Of a DNA stretch of 64,000 bases, positions 12,201-24,511 are shown one piece after another. Made by a program: the position numbers and the translations under genes. The notes under the pieces are model-generated. The model did no database searches. It worked only from the letters and a program-made list of their open reading frames with translations, and was not told the origin of the DNA. Origin of the DNA: the human T2T-CHM13v2.0 reference genome, Homo sapiens. The stretch lies in assembly GCF_009914755.1 (NCBI RefSeq), contig NC_060938.1, one strand, 5' to 3'. Within the stretch, counting starts at the first letter, position 1. Every line of letters begins with the position of its first letter.

Positions 12201-15200
12201 CCTACATACCCATGCAAAACCATTTTTAGGGTTAATGTTTATCTGCCTATTGGGTAAAATTGTGGACGTGTGCTATTGGCATTTCTGGTAACTCTTGGTA
12301 AATAAAAAGTTGCCCTGTGACTTCTTTTGATAAAAAAAAAAAACCTCACATAAATAGTTAGGACTTGAAATTCCATGTAATAGTCAAACTTCTGAATTCC
12401 CATTTAAGATTCACACTTCTCTACTCCAGCTCTTACCTGCTTCAGGTGGAGAATTTGCAGAAGGAAGTGAGCACAGATCAACTTTTACTTCCTTATGGTT
12501 GTAATTGAGGTGTACTGAGATGTGTGTTGCAAACAGAGATACTTTAGCAAGGTACTGATATGAATCAGATCACCTGGGAACACCTGTGAAGGAATCCCAG
12601 TTCTGAAATTTACTAACTCCATGATCTTGGGAAAATAGTTACTCATATTGGATTATTGTCTGGGTTAAGTGAGTTAGAAAGAGAGAGAGTGCAGCACTTA
12701 GAAGAGTCCCTGAAACTGGAATATTTGTTTTCTAGCCTTTGCCCTTGTGGACATTATATCTTCTTGCTAGCAAGCCTTAATACTTGCCCCCTCTAGAATA
12801 GGAGCTGTGTATGGGGAGGAGGAAAATAAATATTAGGGCGGGAAGCATCTGTAATATAAAGCAATTTGGTATTAATTTCCTCTGTCCATGGTAGATGTTT
12901 AAAGCTGACTTTTGCTCTCATGGGGTCTTACGGGTTTTTCAGTGAGCGTATAACTAAGGATCTCTCATCCTACCTTTCTTGATACAGGGCAAAATGTATC
13001 TTTTCAACACAGTCCTTACACAGCTTCTGGGCATCCAGAATTAATTCCAGTCTCTTTCCTTCTTGTTCTCATTCCCCTTCTTTTTTCACTCTTTTATGGA
13101 CTAATTATAATGACCTGAAACCGGACTTATTGCTTGCTTGGCCCATATTTCATCATCGCAAGCAAATATATTTGACCTTGTAACCATGAGAATGCAATAA
13201 CTTTCCAAACACACCCCTCTATTTGTCTACCACAGACCACTTTAGTCAGCTACTCACATTTTGTCCAGCATGTATCATTGGCTAGTCCATCTGTTGTCTC
13301 CCAGATTCCAGAGGATACATCAGCGGTTCAAGTAATCACTTGAACATCACTAATGTTCTACTTTCTTGATTTGAATTGAGCCAAAAGCATCTCTCACTGC
13401 TCCACTGTACCACGGATGCATTAGGACATGGGAGATGTACAGCACAAATCCCTCTAAAAAAATCTCAACTTTCCAACTCTTCTCTCAGTCTCTTGTATGC
13501 TGAAGGTACATTCTCAGTTAAAGGTTATAGTTTCTGAAGACCTCTTCTACTACTCTTGCTTATATGATCTGGCATCTTAATTGGAATATAGGGATAGTTT
13601 GTCTGTTTTCTTCGGGACACAGCAAAAAGAGAAATAGAAGTGCTATTTGGCATATTCTTGCATACATAACCAAATGTATATTCCACAAATAGTATATTAA
13701 GTAGAAACATTGTTTAAATGATATTTTGAAGGATTTAATATATAAGATTTATTTATTTATCCAATATTTATAGTGTACTACTTTCTTTGTACAATTGAAT
13801 AGACAACAATGCTGCTTTTATGAGGCAGAATTGTGAGAGAATAGCTAAAATTTGTTGAACTATTTTATGCCTTATAATGCAGGAAGCTACACTTATTTTA
13901 AAGATCACCATGACTCAGCTTCCATTGACAAGGCATTCCTATATTGCTAACCTAGAACAAATACTGTTCCACAGCCATCAGCACTAACAGCTATCAATGC
14001 TACTACTCCACATGTAATCTCATAATAATGCCTTTACATTTGGTATCAACAAACAGAAATGTTAGGCACAAGCTCCTTTGACAGTGACCATGAGATAAGG
14101 TTATAACTTTTACTTGATCCTCTTGTCATTTGTATTAATGATGATCAATCAACTGCTCCGCATGGTAGAAAACAATAGATCTGAGACACATACAACAGCT
14201 TTGTTGACATATAAAATGCACGGCTAACACGTAAAATGCATGGTTTTGTTTAGGGGAGTAGACTTTTGCAGACCTGCCATATGTCAGTCTTGTTCAGCAG
14301 TGTCACTGGAGTAAAAGAGAGTCAAAACTCATACTACCATGTAAACACCATCTTATGAATGAATGTGTGTAGTTACTTGAGTAAAATACATAAAATACAA
14401 TTTGTAAGCTAGATATTAGTGTTGTGTACATAGACATTTAATTTTTCATCTTTCTAATTATTCGTGAATGTCCTAGGACTATAAAGCATGATTATTCATC
14501 TCTCAACCTTAAACTAAACTAAACTAAATTAAAGATTCAAACAAAAGAAATTTTCATTTCATCACGAACATGTCATTGCTGGCATATGTCTTTAACAAAG
14601 AAAGTTAATTCCTTATAATCATTAGCTACTTATAAAATGAATAAACTAAATTTATCCACCATCACCACCACATCACCATCCCCCTAAAATAAGGCACTGA
14701 TGGTCTCTGGAAAAGCTTTGTATTTACTTTTCATTTTATTCAAAGAATGTCTTTGATAACAATAATTTTTAAAATGAATTCAAACTTTAGGAAGCACCAT
14801 CCATTTTTGTCTGTTATTTGTCCCTATTAACAGTTGAAATTTACACTGCAACCATTTCCTTTGCCATTCTCAACCACTCCCTGAGAAAAAGTTAGCTAAT
14901 TAAATTTCAAGCTAATTGCCTACACACACAACAGTGTAATATCTGGAGTCAAAGTGATAACAAAATGACTTTTGATCATCAGTGGAAACCTGCATCTAGT
15001 TCTCAACCTTGTAGCCAAAGGGATATTGTGAAAATTACAGAATAGAAAATAAACTGAAAGAAAGAAAATAACATTCATAAAAACAACAGAGAATAAAACT
15101 AGAATCTTTAGCTGAATGAAGAAAATGTTAAAGGGTCATGTAATAATGCAGGGCTTTAAATACTAAAGTCTTTTTAGGAAGAACAATGAAAACAAATTTT

Positions 15201-18200
15201 TTACATCTCTATGAAGGACCCAACAATTATCAGAGGGATAATTCATAATTCGTAGAATAAATTACTCATAACGGGACCTGAAATTATTGGCACAGTGGAT
15301 TTTGGGAGTGTATTATTTAAAAAAAAATTTATTATTCTTAGGTGAATGTGTTGCTACTTATAGGTAGAAAGCTGGCATATAAGACAACTCAAGCCCATTT
15401 TTCTCTATATGCAATTTGTTTAATAAATTTATATAATTTTTCACCTTTAAGATCTGTACTTTTTTTCTCCTCAAAATTCTTTCGTATTTTTCAAAGAATC
15501 TTATTTTTCATCCAGAACTAAAATATTCATTCTACATGTATTAGAGCATGTGCTTTTTTTATTTCAGTATTTAATTAGTTCCCTATATAGAGAAGTGTCT
15601 AAGTTACTGACAGGAAAATATTTTTTAAATATATATAGCATTCTCTTTTATCAATTCACATTTTTCTCAGCAAATGACACAAGGAATTGCCAAATATCTT
15701 CCTAAATATATAATATGCCATTATTATCAAAAATGACAAATAATGTTGCCTTAAAATTCTAGAGAATATATTTTTGTTAAACAGTTTAAACAAAATAGAT
15801 TCTTTTACACTTCCATCCTAATTATTACTGTATTAAAATTATTTTTAGACTAGATTGACTCTTACATGGCCCTCTAAAGCCTGTTTGAAAATTTTCTATT
15901 TTGAGTATTTACACTATTTAAGATCAAGTAGAATGGAATTACATTGGCATATAAAAATATTTTGAAAGGTAAAAGGAAAGTTCTTTATTTAAATTTAACA
16001 GTCTCAATTACATTTCTATGAAAAGTTCAGTGATAACTCAGTTAATCAGAATTAGAACATCAAGTCATGTTTGCAAAATATTTAAAAGAAAAATAGGTAT
16101 AAAATAAACTTAAAATCTAGCAAAAAAATGTGACCATGTAAGATTTAGCTCAAATTAAAATGAATCATTTATCTACTCCACCTATGTTATAATGGTAATT
16201 TAAATTAAGAACCAGGCTGTTCTATAATCTCCTCCCAAATTAGAGAATGCTTACATCATCTTCACTTTACTCTTATTAAGGCAAAAAATAGACTAATAAC
16301 ATTTTGGATTTAAAACATGAAGAGTTTCTGTTAGCCCCTCAACTCACCAGAAAACGAAATTGCAAATAATGTTTTATTCCTTAAGAATTCTGATTAACTA
16401 ATATTGTATTATATTAGTTACAATATGAAGAGTTTAGTTTTAAAATACCACAAATACAATATGTACTTCCGTTTTAAGAATAACGCATTCATTCTTGAGT
16501 TTTAGATGTTATTTTTCTTCCCATTTGTGCCTCGTACATATTTTCAAGACTTTAGTTATCCCCATACAAACTTGAGAAGAAAGGAAACTATCAAATATAC
16601 CTTTGGATGATGAAGAGCATAATAGAGCTGTTTGGACTATCAGACAATAGGAATGATATTGGATGGCTCTGCATCCAGCTTCTTTTGACATCTTCGCCAG
16701 TCTCAATGGTAAAAACAGAAGAACTAATACCCTTTCTTCTACCTTACCTTTATTCTGAGTTTCTCATTTGTATGTTGTAATTCACTTTGGAATGAAAATT
16801 AGATAATCAAGCTTCTTCAAATTCTGTCTTAAATAATTAGATTCGCAATGAAAATTTTATGGTATTTCCAAAACTCATAAGCTGTAAGCCAAATTTATGA
16901 ACTTTACAACAATTACTTTTTTGACTACACAAAGGTATTGCTTCCTGTTAGTTTAACATGTAAAAGCATCTGGGTATTGTTAAATTAATGACATTTGAAA
17001 CAGGAAGTTATTACTTTATGCGTGGCTAGTTGGTAGATTGGCAATTTCATAGGCATAGCTTCTGTAAATGACTTCCTAATGAAAACAATAACCTCCAAAT
17101 GGATAGGTTATTCATTCTTAAATTGTTTATTGACACTGTGGTTAGAGACACTAAGTTCAAAAATAGGCTTGATCATGTTTTCAAATGGGAAGAAAAGTAC
17201 ATGAAGAAATATATACCCATGGAATCTAAGTTAAAATAGAGGATGAAAATATATGATACCACTAAATAGAAAATGGCCCAGTATTGGGATAATGTTTACT
17301 CTTACTCAAATTCAAGGTTTCCATGTAAATGCTCTCAAAGTTGAAACCTATGTCTCATGGCAAAGACTTGACCAACTTGTGAGCAGGCAACTGGCCAGTC
17401 TAGCAGATGGACATGAAAGAATCTAGCCAAAGATACACTTGCTCCATGCCAAGTAGCTGTGACGTGTATATTAAGATCATTATTCCCTGATGAGAAATTT
17501 AAAACATCTGTCCATTTGGGGCTGCTGTTTCACCAGATGGAAGCTTGTAACAACCACTAAAGCAGCCGATACTGAACTGATTTTTACGTTATCAAATAGG
17601 ATATTTTATAGTTGAATGCTGAGATCAAAATGATTGGCCTTATTTTGAACATATTTCCCTGAAGACTTCAAAAGATAACATTAAATGCAATTTAAGATTT
17701 ATTTAGTTATTTTTATTAATATGTTATACTTACATGAATCTAATGACTGAATTATTTATGTATCAAAGACTATTATTGTTGGAGAAAAGCACATTAAATA
17801 TCTGATGTAACTAACAGAAGGTAACTGAATGCACATACTTCTTAAGGTGTTTCTCAAACATATCCAAATTAGCCACTGATGTTAAAGCCCACCTATTCAC
17901 CAAATCCACCAAATTAATCAAGAGCTGCCAGCTAGACCAACTTTCGTGTGCTCATTTCCAAGTTTTATGTATATGACTACTGAGAGGAAAAGTGAGGTTG
18001 GGAATATATTAGGCACCCCTTTGTGTAGGCCTTAATTAATTGATTCTCTATCCCTTTGCACCACGGGGAGCAGGGAGCAAAATCAATCTACCTCCCCCAT
18101 TATTATTTCCCATATTTACATAAAGAAAAAATAGCTCATCCTTTAGAAAATAGTTTCCTAGATTTAATTAATAAATTTAAATAATACCAGTATTTTTAGG

Positions 18201-18696
18201 CCTATTCAGATATGATTAACATATACAAATTGTGTATCTTTCAGATGTGAAACGTACTGTGATATACATGTATATTGTGAAATTTTTGAAATTCTCAAAC
18301 TAATTAACATATCCACCACCTCACATAGTTACCTTGTGTCTGTGTGGACAGAACATGTAAAATCTACTCCCTTTGCAAATTTCAAGTATACAATACGTTA
18401 GTATTAACTATAGCCACCATGTTGTACATTATGTCCCCAGCACTTACTTATTTTATGATAAATGTTTATACCTTTTAACTAATGTCTTTCCACTCCCCAT
18501 CCCCCCAAGCTACTGGCAGCCACCTTTCTATTCCCTACTTCTATTAGTTTGACTTTATTAGCTTCCACATATATGTAAAATCATGTATCGTCTTTCTGTG
18601 TCAAACTTATTACCCTTAGTATAATGTCCTCCAGAGTCGTCCATGTTGTCATAAATGACAGGATTTACCTCTTTTTTTAAGGCTAATTTTCTACTT

Positions 18697-18828
18697 TGTG
18701 TGTATGTATATGTGTATATATATATATATATATGCACATAGTGTGTACATATATCGATGCATGCACACATACATATATCTCTATATAAATATATACATAC
18801 ATACATACACACGTACACATATATATAT
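18697..18828. repeat. Compound (TG)/(TA)/(CA) low-complexity tract
   Basis: Read directly, inside the L1MA. Confidence 0.9.
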
Positions 18829-21472
18829 TCTTTATCCATTCATCAGTAGGCAGACTCCTATATTGTTTCTATATCTTGATTATTGTGAATAATTCTGCAG
18901 TGAATCTACAAATGCACGGAACCTTTTCAGATGATATTATTTCCTTCGGAAATATACCAAGAAGTGAGATTGCAAAATTACATGTATGCTCTACTATTAA
19001 ATTCTCCATACTGATTTCCATAATGGCTGTCCAATATACACTTCCACCAACAGTGTATACGTGTTCCCTTTTCTCCACATATCCACCAACACTTACTTCT
19101 TATATTTTTAATAACTATCCTAACAGATGTGAACTGATAGCTCATTGTAGTATAAATTTGTATTTCCTTGATAATTAGTGATGTTGAGAACCCATTCATT
19201 ACCCAAAAGCCATTTTTATATCGTCTTTGTAAAAATGTCTAAGTCCTTTGCCCATTTTTAAATCAAGTTACTTGTTTTTTGCTATGAACTTGTATGTTTC
19301 TTATATATTTTGAATATCAATTTTTATTAGAGATATAGTTTGCAAATTTTTTATTCCATAGATTGCCTTTTCATTAGATTGAGTTTCTTTTGCTATTCAG
19401 AAACTATTTTGTTTCATATAGTCCCACTTTTTTATTTTTGCTTTTACTGCCTGTGCTTTTGATGTCATATCCCAAAAAGTCATTGCCAAAATCAGTGTCG
19501 AGGAACTTTCACCCCCATGTTTTCTTCTAAGAGTTTTACATTTTCAGTTTTATGTTTAGGTCTTTATTCAATTTTGAATTAATTTTTGTGTATGGTGTAA
19601 GATAAGGTCCAGCTTCATTCTTTTGTATGTGTATATTCAATTTTCCCAACATCATTTATTGGAGATATTTTCCTTTCCCTATTGGTATTTTTGGCAAGTT
19701 TGTGGGAAATTAGTTGATCTCAGATATGTGGGCTTATTTCTGGGCTGTCTGTTCTGTTCAGCTTGACAATGAGTCTGTCTTTTTATTGCCATACCATGGT
19801 GTTTGGTGACTATAGCTTTGTAATACATTTTGAAATCAGAAAGTACAATGCCTCCAGCTTTGTACTTCTTGCTCCAGATTGCTGTAGTTATTAAAAGTTT
19901 TTTGTGGTTACAAATTAATTTCGGGATTTCTTTTCTATTTCTGTGAATAAAATGCAATTGGCATTTTAATAGACATTGCATTAAATCTGTAAAACACTTT
20001 TGGTGGTATAGACATTGTGACAATATTACTTCTTCTAATCGAAGAACACAAGATATCTTTTTATTTGTGTCTTCTTCAACTTGTTAACAGTATTTTATAG
20101 TTTTCGGTGCCCAGGTCTTTCACCTCCTTGGTTAAATTTATTCCCAAGTATTTTATTATTTTTGTTGCTATCGTGAATGGGATGGTATTCATAATTTCCT
20201 TTTTGGATAGGTTTTTGCTAGAGTGTGGAAATGCAACTGATTTTTGTAGGTTGATCTTATATCCTCCAACTTTACTGAAATGTTTATTAGTTTTAACAGT
20301 ATTTTGGTGAAGTCTTTAGGCTTGTCTATATATAAGATCATGTAATCTGCAAACAAAGATAATTTTACTTCTTTCTTTTTTATTTGAATACCTTTATTTT
20401 TTTTTCTTACCTGATTGCTCTGGCTAAGACCTTCAATACTATATTGAATAGAAGTGGCAAGAGTGAGCATTCTTGTCTTGTTCCAGTTCTTAGTGGAACC
20501 ATTGAAAGCATGATGTTAGTTGTAGGTTTTTCAGACAGAACCTTCATTATGTTGAGGTACCTTCCTTCTATACCTAATTTGTGGAGAGCTTTTATTATAA
20601 AAAGATGTAGAATTTTGTCAAATTGTTTTTCTGGATCAATTGAGATTATTATATAATTTTTATCCTTCATTCTATTAATTTAGTGATTTATATTTATTGA
20701 CTTATGTATGTGAAACCATCCTTAAATACCAAGGATAAATCCTGCTTGATCATGTTGTATGATCCTTTTAATGTGCTGTTGGATTTGGTTTGCTAGCATT
20801 TTGTTGAGGATTTTTTCATCTGTGTTCATCAGACATCATGGCCTGTAATTTATTTTGTTAAGAAGGATTAATATTACTTCTTTTTAAAATGTTTGGTAGA
20901 ATTCACCAGTGAAGTCATCTGGTCCTGGACTTTGCTTTTTTGGGAGATTTTTGTTACTGATTTGATTTTCTGTTATTATTCCATGTAGATTTTCTATTTC
21001 TTCATGATTCAGTGTTTGTAGGCTGTATATTTCTAGGAATTTATCCATTTGATCCAGTTTATGCAGTTTGTCAGCATATAATTGTTCAGAGTAATCTCAC
21101 AAAAATGCCTCCTCTTTCATTTTTTATTTTATTTTACTTTAACCTTCTCTCCTTCCTTGGTCTAACTAAAGATTTCAGTGTCTATTTCATTTATTCCTGC
21201 TTTAATCATTGTTATTCCCTACCTTCTGCTAACTTTGGGCTTTGTGTGTTCTTTGTTCTAGTTTCTTAAGACTAAAGTTAGGTTGTTTGAGATATTTTTT
21301 AATGTACTCATTTATAAGTATAAACCTCCCTCTTAAACATGCTTTTGCTATTCCATAAGTTTTGTATGTGTTCCCATTTTTTGTGTCTCAGTATATTTAT
21401 TTCCCTACTCATTTTTTCTTTGTCTCATCAGTTGTACAGAAGGACGTTCCTTAATTTCCATAAGTTTATATG

Positions 21473-21673
21473 TTTTCCAATTTTATTCATTATTGATTCC
21501 TAGTTAAATGCTATTATAGTCAGAAAATACACTTGATATGATGTTAATTTTTTAATTTGTTAAGGCTTATTCTTTTTCCAATTTTATTCATTACTGATTT
21601 CTAGTTAAATGCTATTATAGTCAGAAAATATACTTGATATGATGTTAATTTTTTAATTTGTTAAGGCTTGTTC
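21473..21673. repeat. Tandem duplication, 2 x 101 bp
   Basis: ttttccaattttattcatta...ttaaggctt(a/g)ttc starts at 21473 and again at 21574, about 4 mismatches. Confidence 0.95.
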
Positions 21674-21858
21674 TGTGGCCTAACATGTAATCTATCCTGG
21701 AGAATGTTTCGCGTCTGCTTGAGAAAAAATGTGTATCCTGCTGCTGTTGGATGAAATGTAGTGTGTATGTTTGTCAAATCCATTTGGTCTAAAGTTAGTT
21801 CAAGTCTAACTTTCCCTATTAACTTTCTGTCTAGATGATCTATATATTGTTGAAAGTG

Positions 21859-22149
21859 AGCTCCTGCATGTAATCCCAGCACTTTGGGAGGCTGAGGTGG
21901 GCGGATTGCTTGAGTCCAGGAGTTCAAGATCAGACTGGGCAACATAGCAGGACCCCATCTCTACAAAAAAATGAAAAAATTAGCCAAGTGTGGTGGTGCA
22001 CAACGAGCTTCCACCTCAGAAGCTGAGGTGGGAGGATCACTTGAGCCCAGATGGTCAAAGTTGCAGTGAGCTGTGTTCGTGCCACTGCATTACAGCCTGG
22101 GTGACAGGGTGAGACCCTGTCTCAAAAAGAACAAAGAAAAGAAAAGAGA
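21859..22149 (+). mobile_element. 5'-truncated AluJ inside L1MA
   Basis: ggattgcttgagtccaggagttcaag...gaccctgtctcaaaaa. Short TSD gaaagt. Confidence 0.9.
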
Positions 22150-22545
22150 GAAAGTAGGGTATTGAAGACCCATACTATTATTGTTTTGCTGTCTATTTCT
22201 CCCTTCAGTTCTGTTAACATTTGCTTTATATAAAATTTAAGGTCTCTAATGTTGGATTCATATTTAATTACAATTTTTACATCCTCTTGATGAATTGACA
22301 TTTTTATCATTATATAATTATAACCTTATTTGTCTCTTATCACATTTTTGACAAGTTTATTTATCTGATACAATTATAGCTATTCCTCGTCTCTTTTGCT
22401 TACCATTTGCATGGGATATCTTTTCCATCATTTTACTTTCAGCTTCTGTGAGTCCTTGAAGCTGAAGTGCATCTCTTGTAGCCAGAATTTAGTTTTGTTT
22501 GTTTTGTTATTATTATTAAGCCACTCTATATGTCTTTTGATTGGA

Positions 22546-22612
22546 TAATATTATTCATTTTATTTACATTTATAGTAATATTATTCATATTATTTACATT
22601 TATAGTAATATT
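22546..22612. repeat. Tandem duplication, about 2.2 x 30 bp
   Basis: taatattattcat(t/a)ttatttacatttatag occurs twice, then taatatt. Confidence 0.9.
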
Positions 22613-24480
22613 GAATGGCTACAGCTGAGTCATGAGGCTATTAGGGCCAGAACACAGGGCTGCTTCAGGATCTGCAGTCCAGTACACGGCCAATGAGCCT
22701 GTTACCAGCGTCATGAAGGGGTATGTCTGGCTGCCCCTGTGTAGGCAGGATGACTTTGAACTGGTGATAGAGCAGGGCTGGATATCAGTTACGGGGTCAC
22801 TTTAGGATTCATAATTAAGTCTACAGCCTATGGGCCAGTTACCAGGATACAGATGGGTGTTGCTTCTCCCGGGTCCCTTGGTGGATAAGGGGTAGTTGTA
22901 GGATCACAACGAAATGGGAGCTGGAGCTGAGTCCATAGGGAGATGGGTTGCTTCCAGGTTTCTAGCCAGGACCACTGCTGGCAAGCTTACTACCTGGTAT
23001 GAGCCTGACTTCTCAAATAGCCTTCCTCAGTCTTGGGTTCCACCCGTGTTTCTCAGACTCTTATCGGGATCTCAAAGCTTCCATAAAGGCACTTTTGTCT
23101 GTAGATGGTTGCCAAATTATTGTTGCCATGGAGGGACACTAGAAGTCTTCTTGCTGATATCACCTAAGTTCAGTCTTAATGTTTTTGGGTTAAAATATAA
23201 TGTTATAAAATTCTCTCATAGTTGTATTCAGTAACCTTAACTCTACACTTTATCTTGTACTTGAGGTCACATGAACCCACAGCAATTAATTTTTCTTATC
23301 ATCTGGCAAATGATTTGGTGAATGATAGTGCAAAGCTAAAAAGAATATTCACACATCTCGAATTTAGCAGCTTCCTGGAACTGCTGTCTGTGCCATTCCT
23401 TTACTGCTTCCGTAGTTGTGCTGCTATGTGTCCTAGCTACAATAAGCCCTTCATGGAAAGCCACCTCTAGACTTCATCACTGATAACCAACTATTCCAGC
23501 ATTGAGCACAATCTTATTTCACACCTCTCATCCTAATGGCTGGGTGGTAATATTAAGATGGTGTATAATGAGAGAAGTGGGAAAGTGGGGAGGAGAGAAA
23601 GTACAAAATAAAGGACCTTCTTTTCTCTTCCTTATAGCTACTACACCTCTGCTGTACACTCCTCACTCACCCCACAGGCAAAGCAGCAAGGTGTCAGTAT
23701 TTAGGATTCATGTTAAGATCTGTTTTTACACTGATAGCTTCAGAGGTAGGAATTGTAATCTTTGCAATAGCCCTCCAGCTCTGTTGCTAAATGGATACTT
23801 CTGAATTCCTGGTGGAATCTTTATGAGACATGGCAATCTGGTCAGTAAAACAGTATAGGCAATGGCTTGTTGGAGTTAGGTAGGCACACCACAGCTTAAG
23901 CAGTCCTTGCTCTTCAAAATGGACAAGTTAAATTCTTAGGTTAACTAATGGGCCCTGGAGAGATCTGGTTAGAAGACTAGAGTGAAATAAAGGTGAGATT
24001 CAGATAAGATCTAAGCAAGTTAGGACTGTGAAAATAAATCAACAATAGCAGAGTTGCTGCAAGATGGCAGCAGTTTTAAAGACAGATGTTTAAGAGTCTG
24101 ATTTGGAATGCTGGTTAGCAAATAGTTGGCTTCTTCAAGGTTCATACTTACGAATTAGCCAGACAGCTTTGAGTTCTAAGTAGACAACTTACGAGTTGTG
24201 ACAGAAATCTGGCTGACGATGGATGACTGTTAACCTTAATTCAAGCCCAAATTATGCTGAGACTGAGGAAATTATCTCAGCATGGATTCAATCATAATTC
24301 CACTACCTGTAGTTGAAAAGAAAATACTACCTGATAAATAAAATCTGAAATGAGACTTGCTCCCTGGGGAGGTAAAGCTCTGAGTTAACAAACTCAGTCG
24401 TAATTCAAGGTCATCTGCTCCAGTCAGGCACAACATGGTGTTCCAAGGGTATTACAACAGATTTGTATTTAGCCTGAAAG

Positions 24481-24511
<31 letters not shown>

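Larger units (their letters stand above)
18200..23165 (-). mobile_element. L1MA (about MA7-9) with 3' end, ORF2 and 5'UTR retained and ORF1 deleted
   Basis: 3' motif aatctactccctttgcaaatttcaagtatacaat. RT peptides in ORFs 20189-20470 (VKLSLFADYMILY) and 20407-20670 ([17 protein letters not shown]). GC-richer 5'UTR-like block at 22615-23165 ending tcttgctgatatcacc. Confidence 0.85.

Noticed and set aside
14124-14190. ATGATGA (14138) and CTGA (14181) resembling a C/D snoRNA
   Set aside because: Only 36 nt lie between the boxes, with no proper terminal stem or C'/D' boxes. Expected by chance in AT-rich DNA.
16509-16881. Possible coding exon or 65-aa ORF in unique DNA
   Set aside because: The splice-bounded candidate (about 16748-16881, minus) has stops in all three frames, and the ORF resembles no protein I know.
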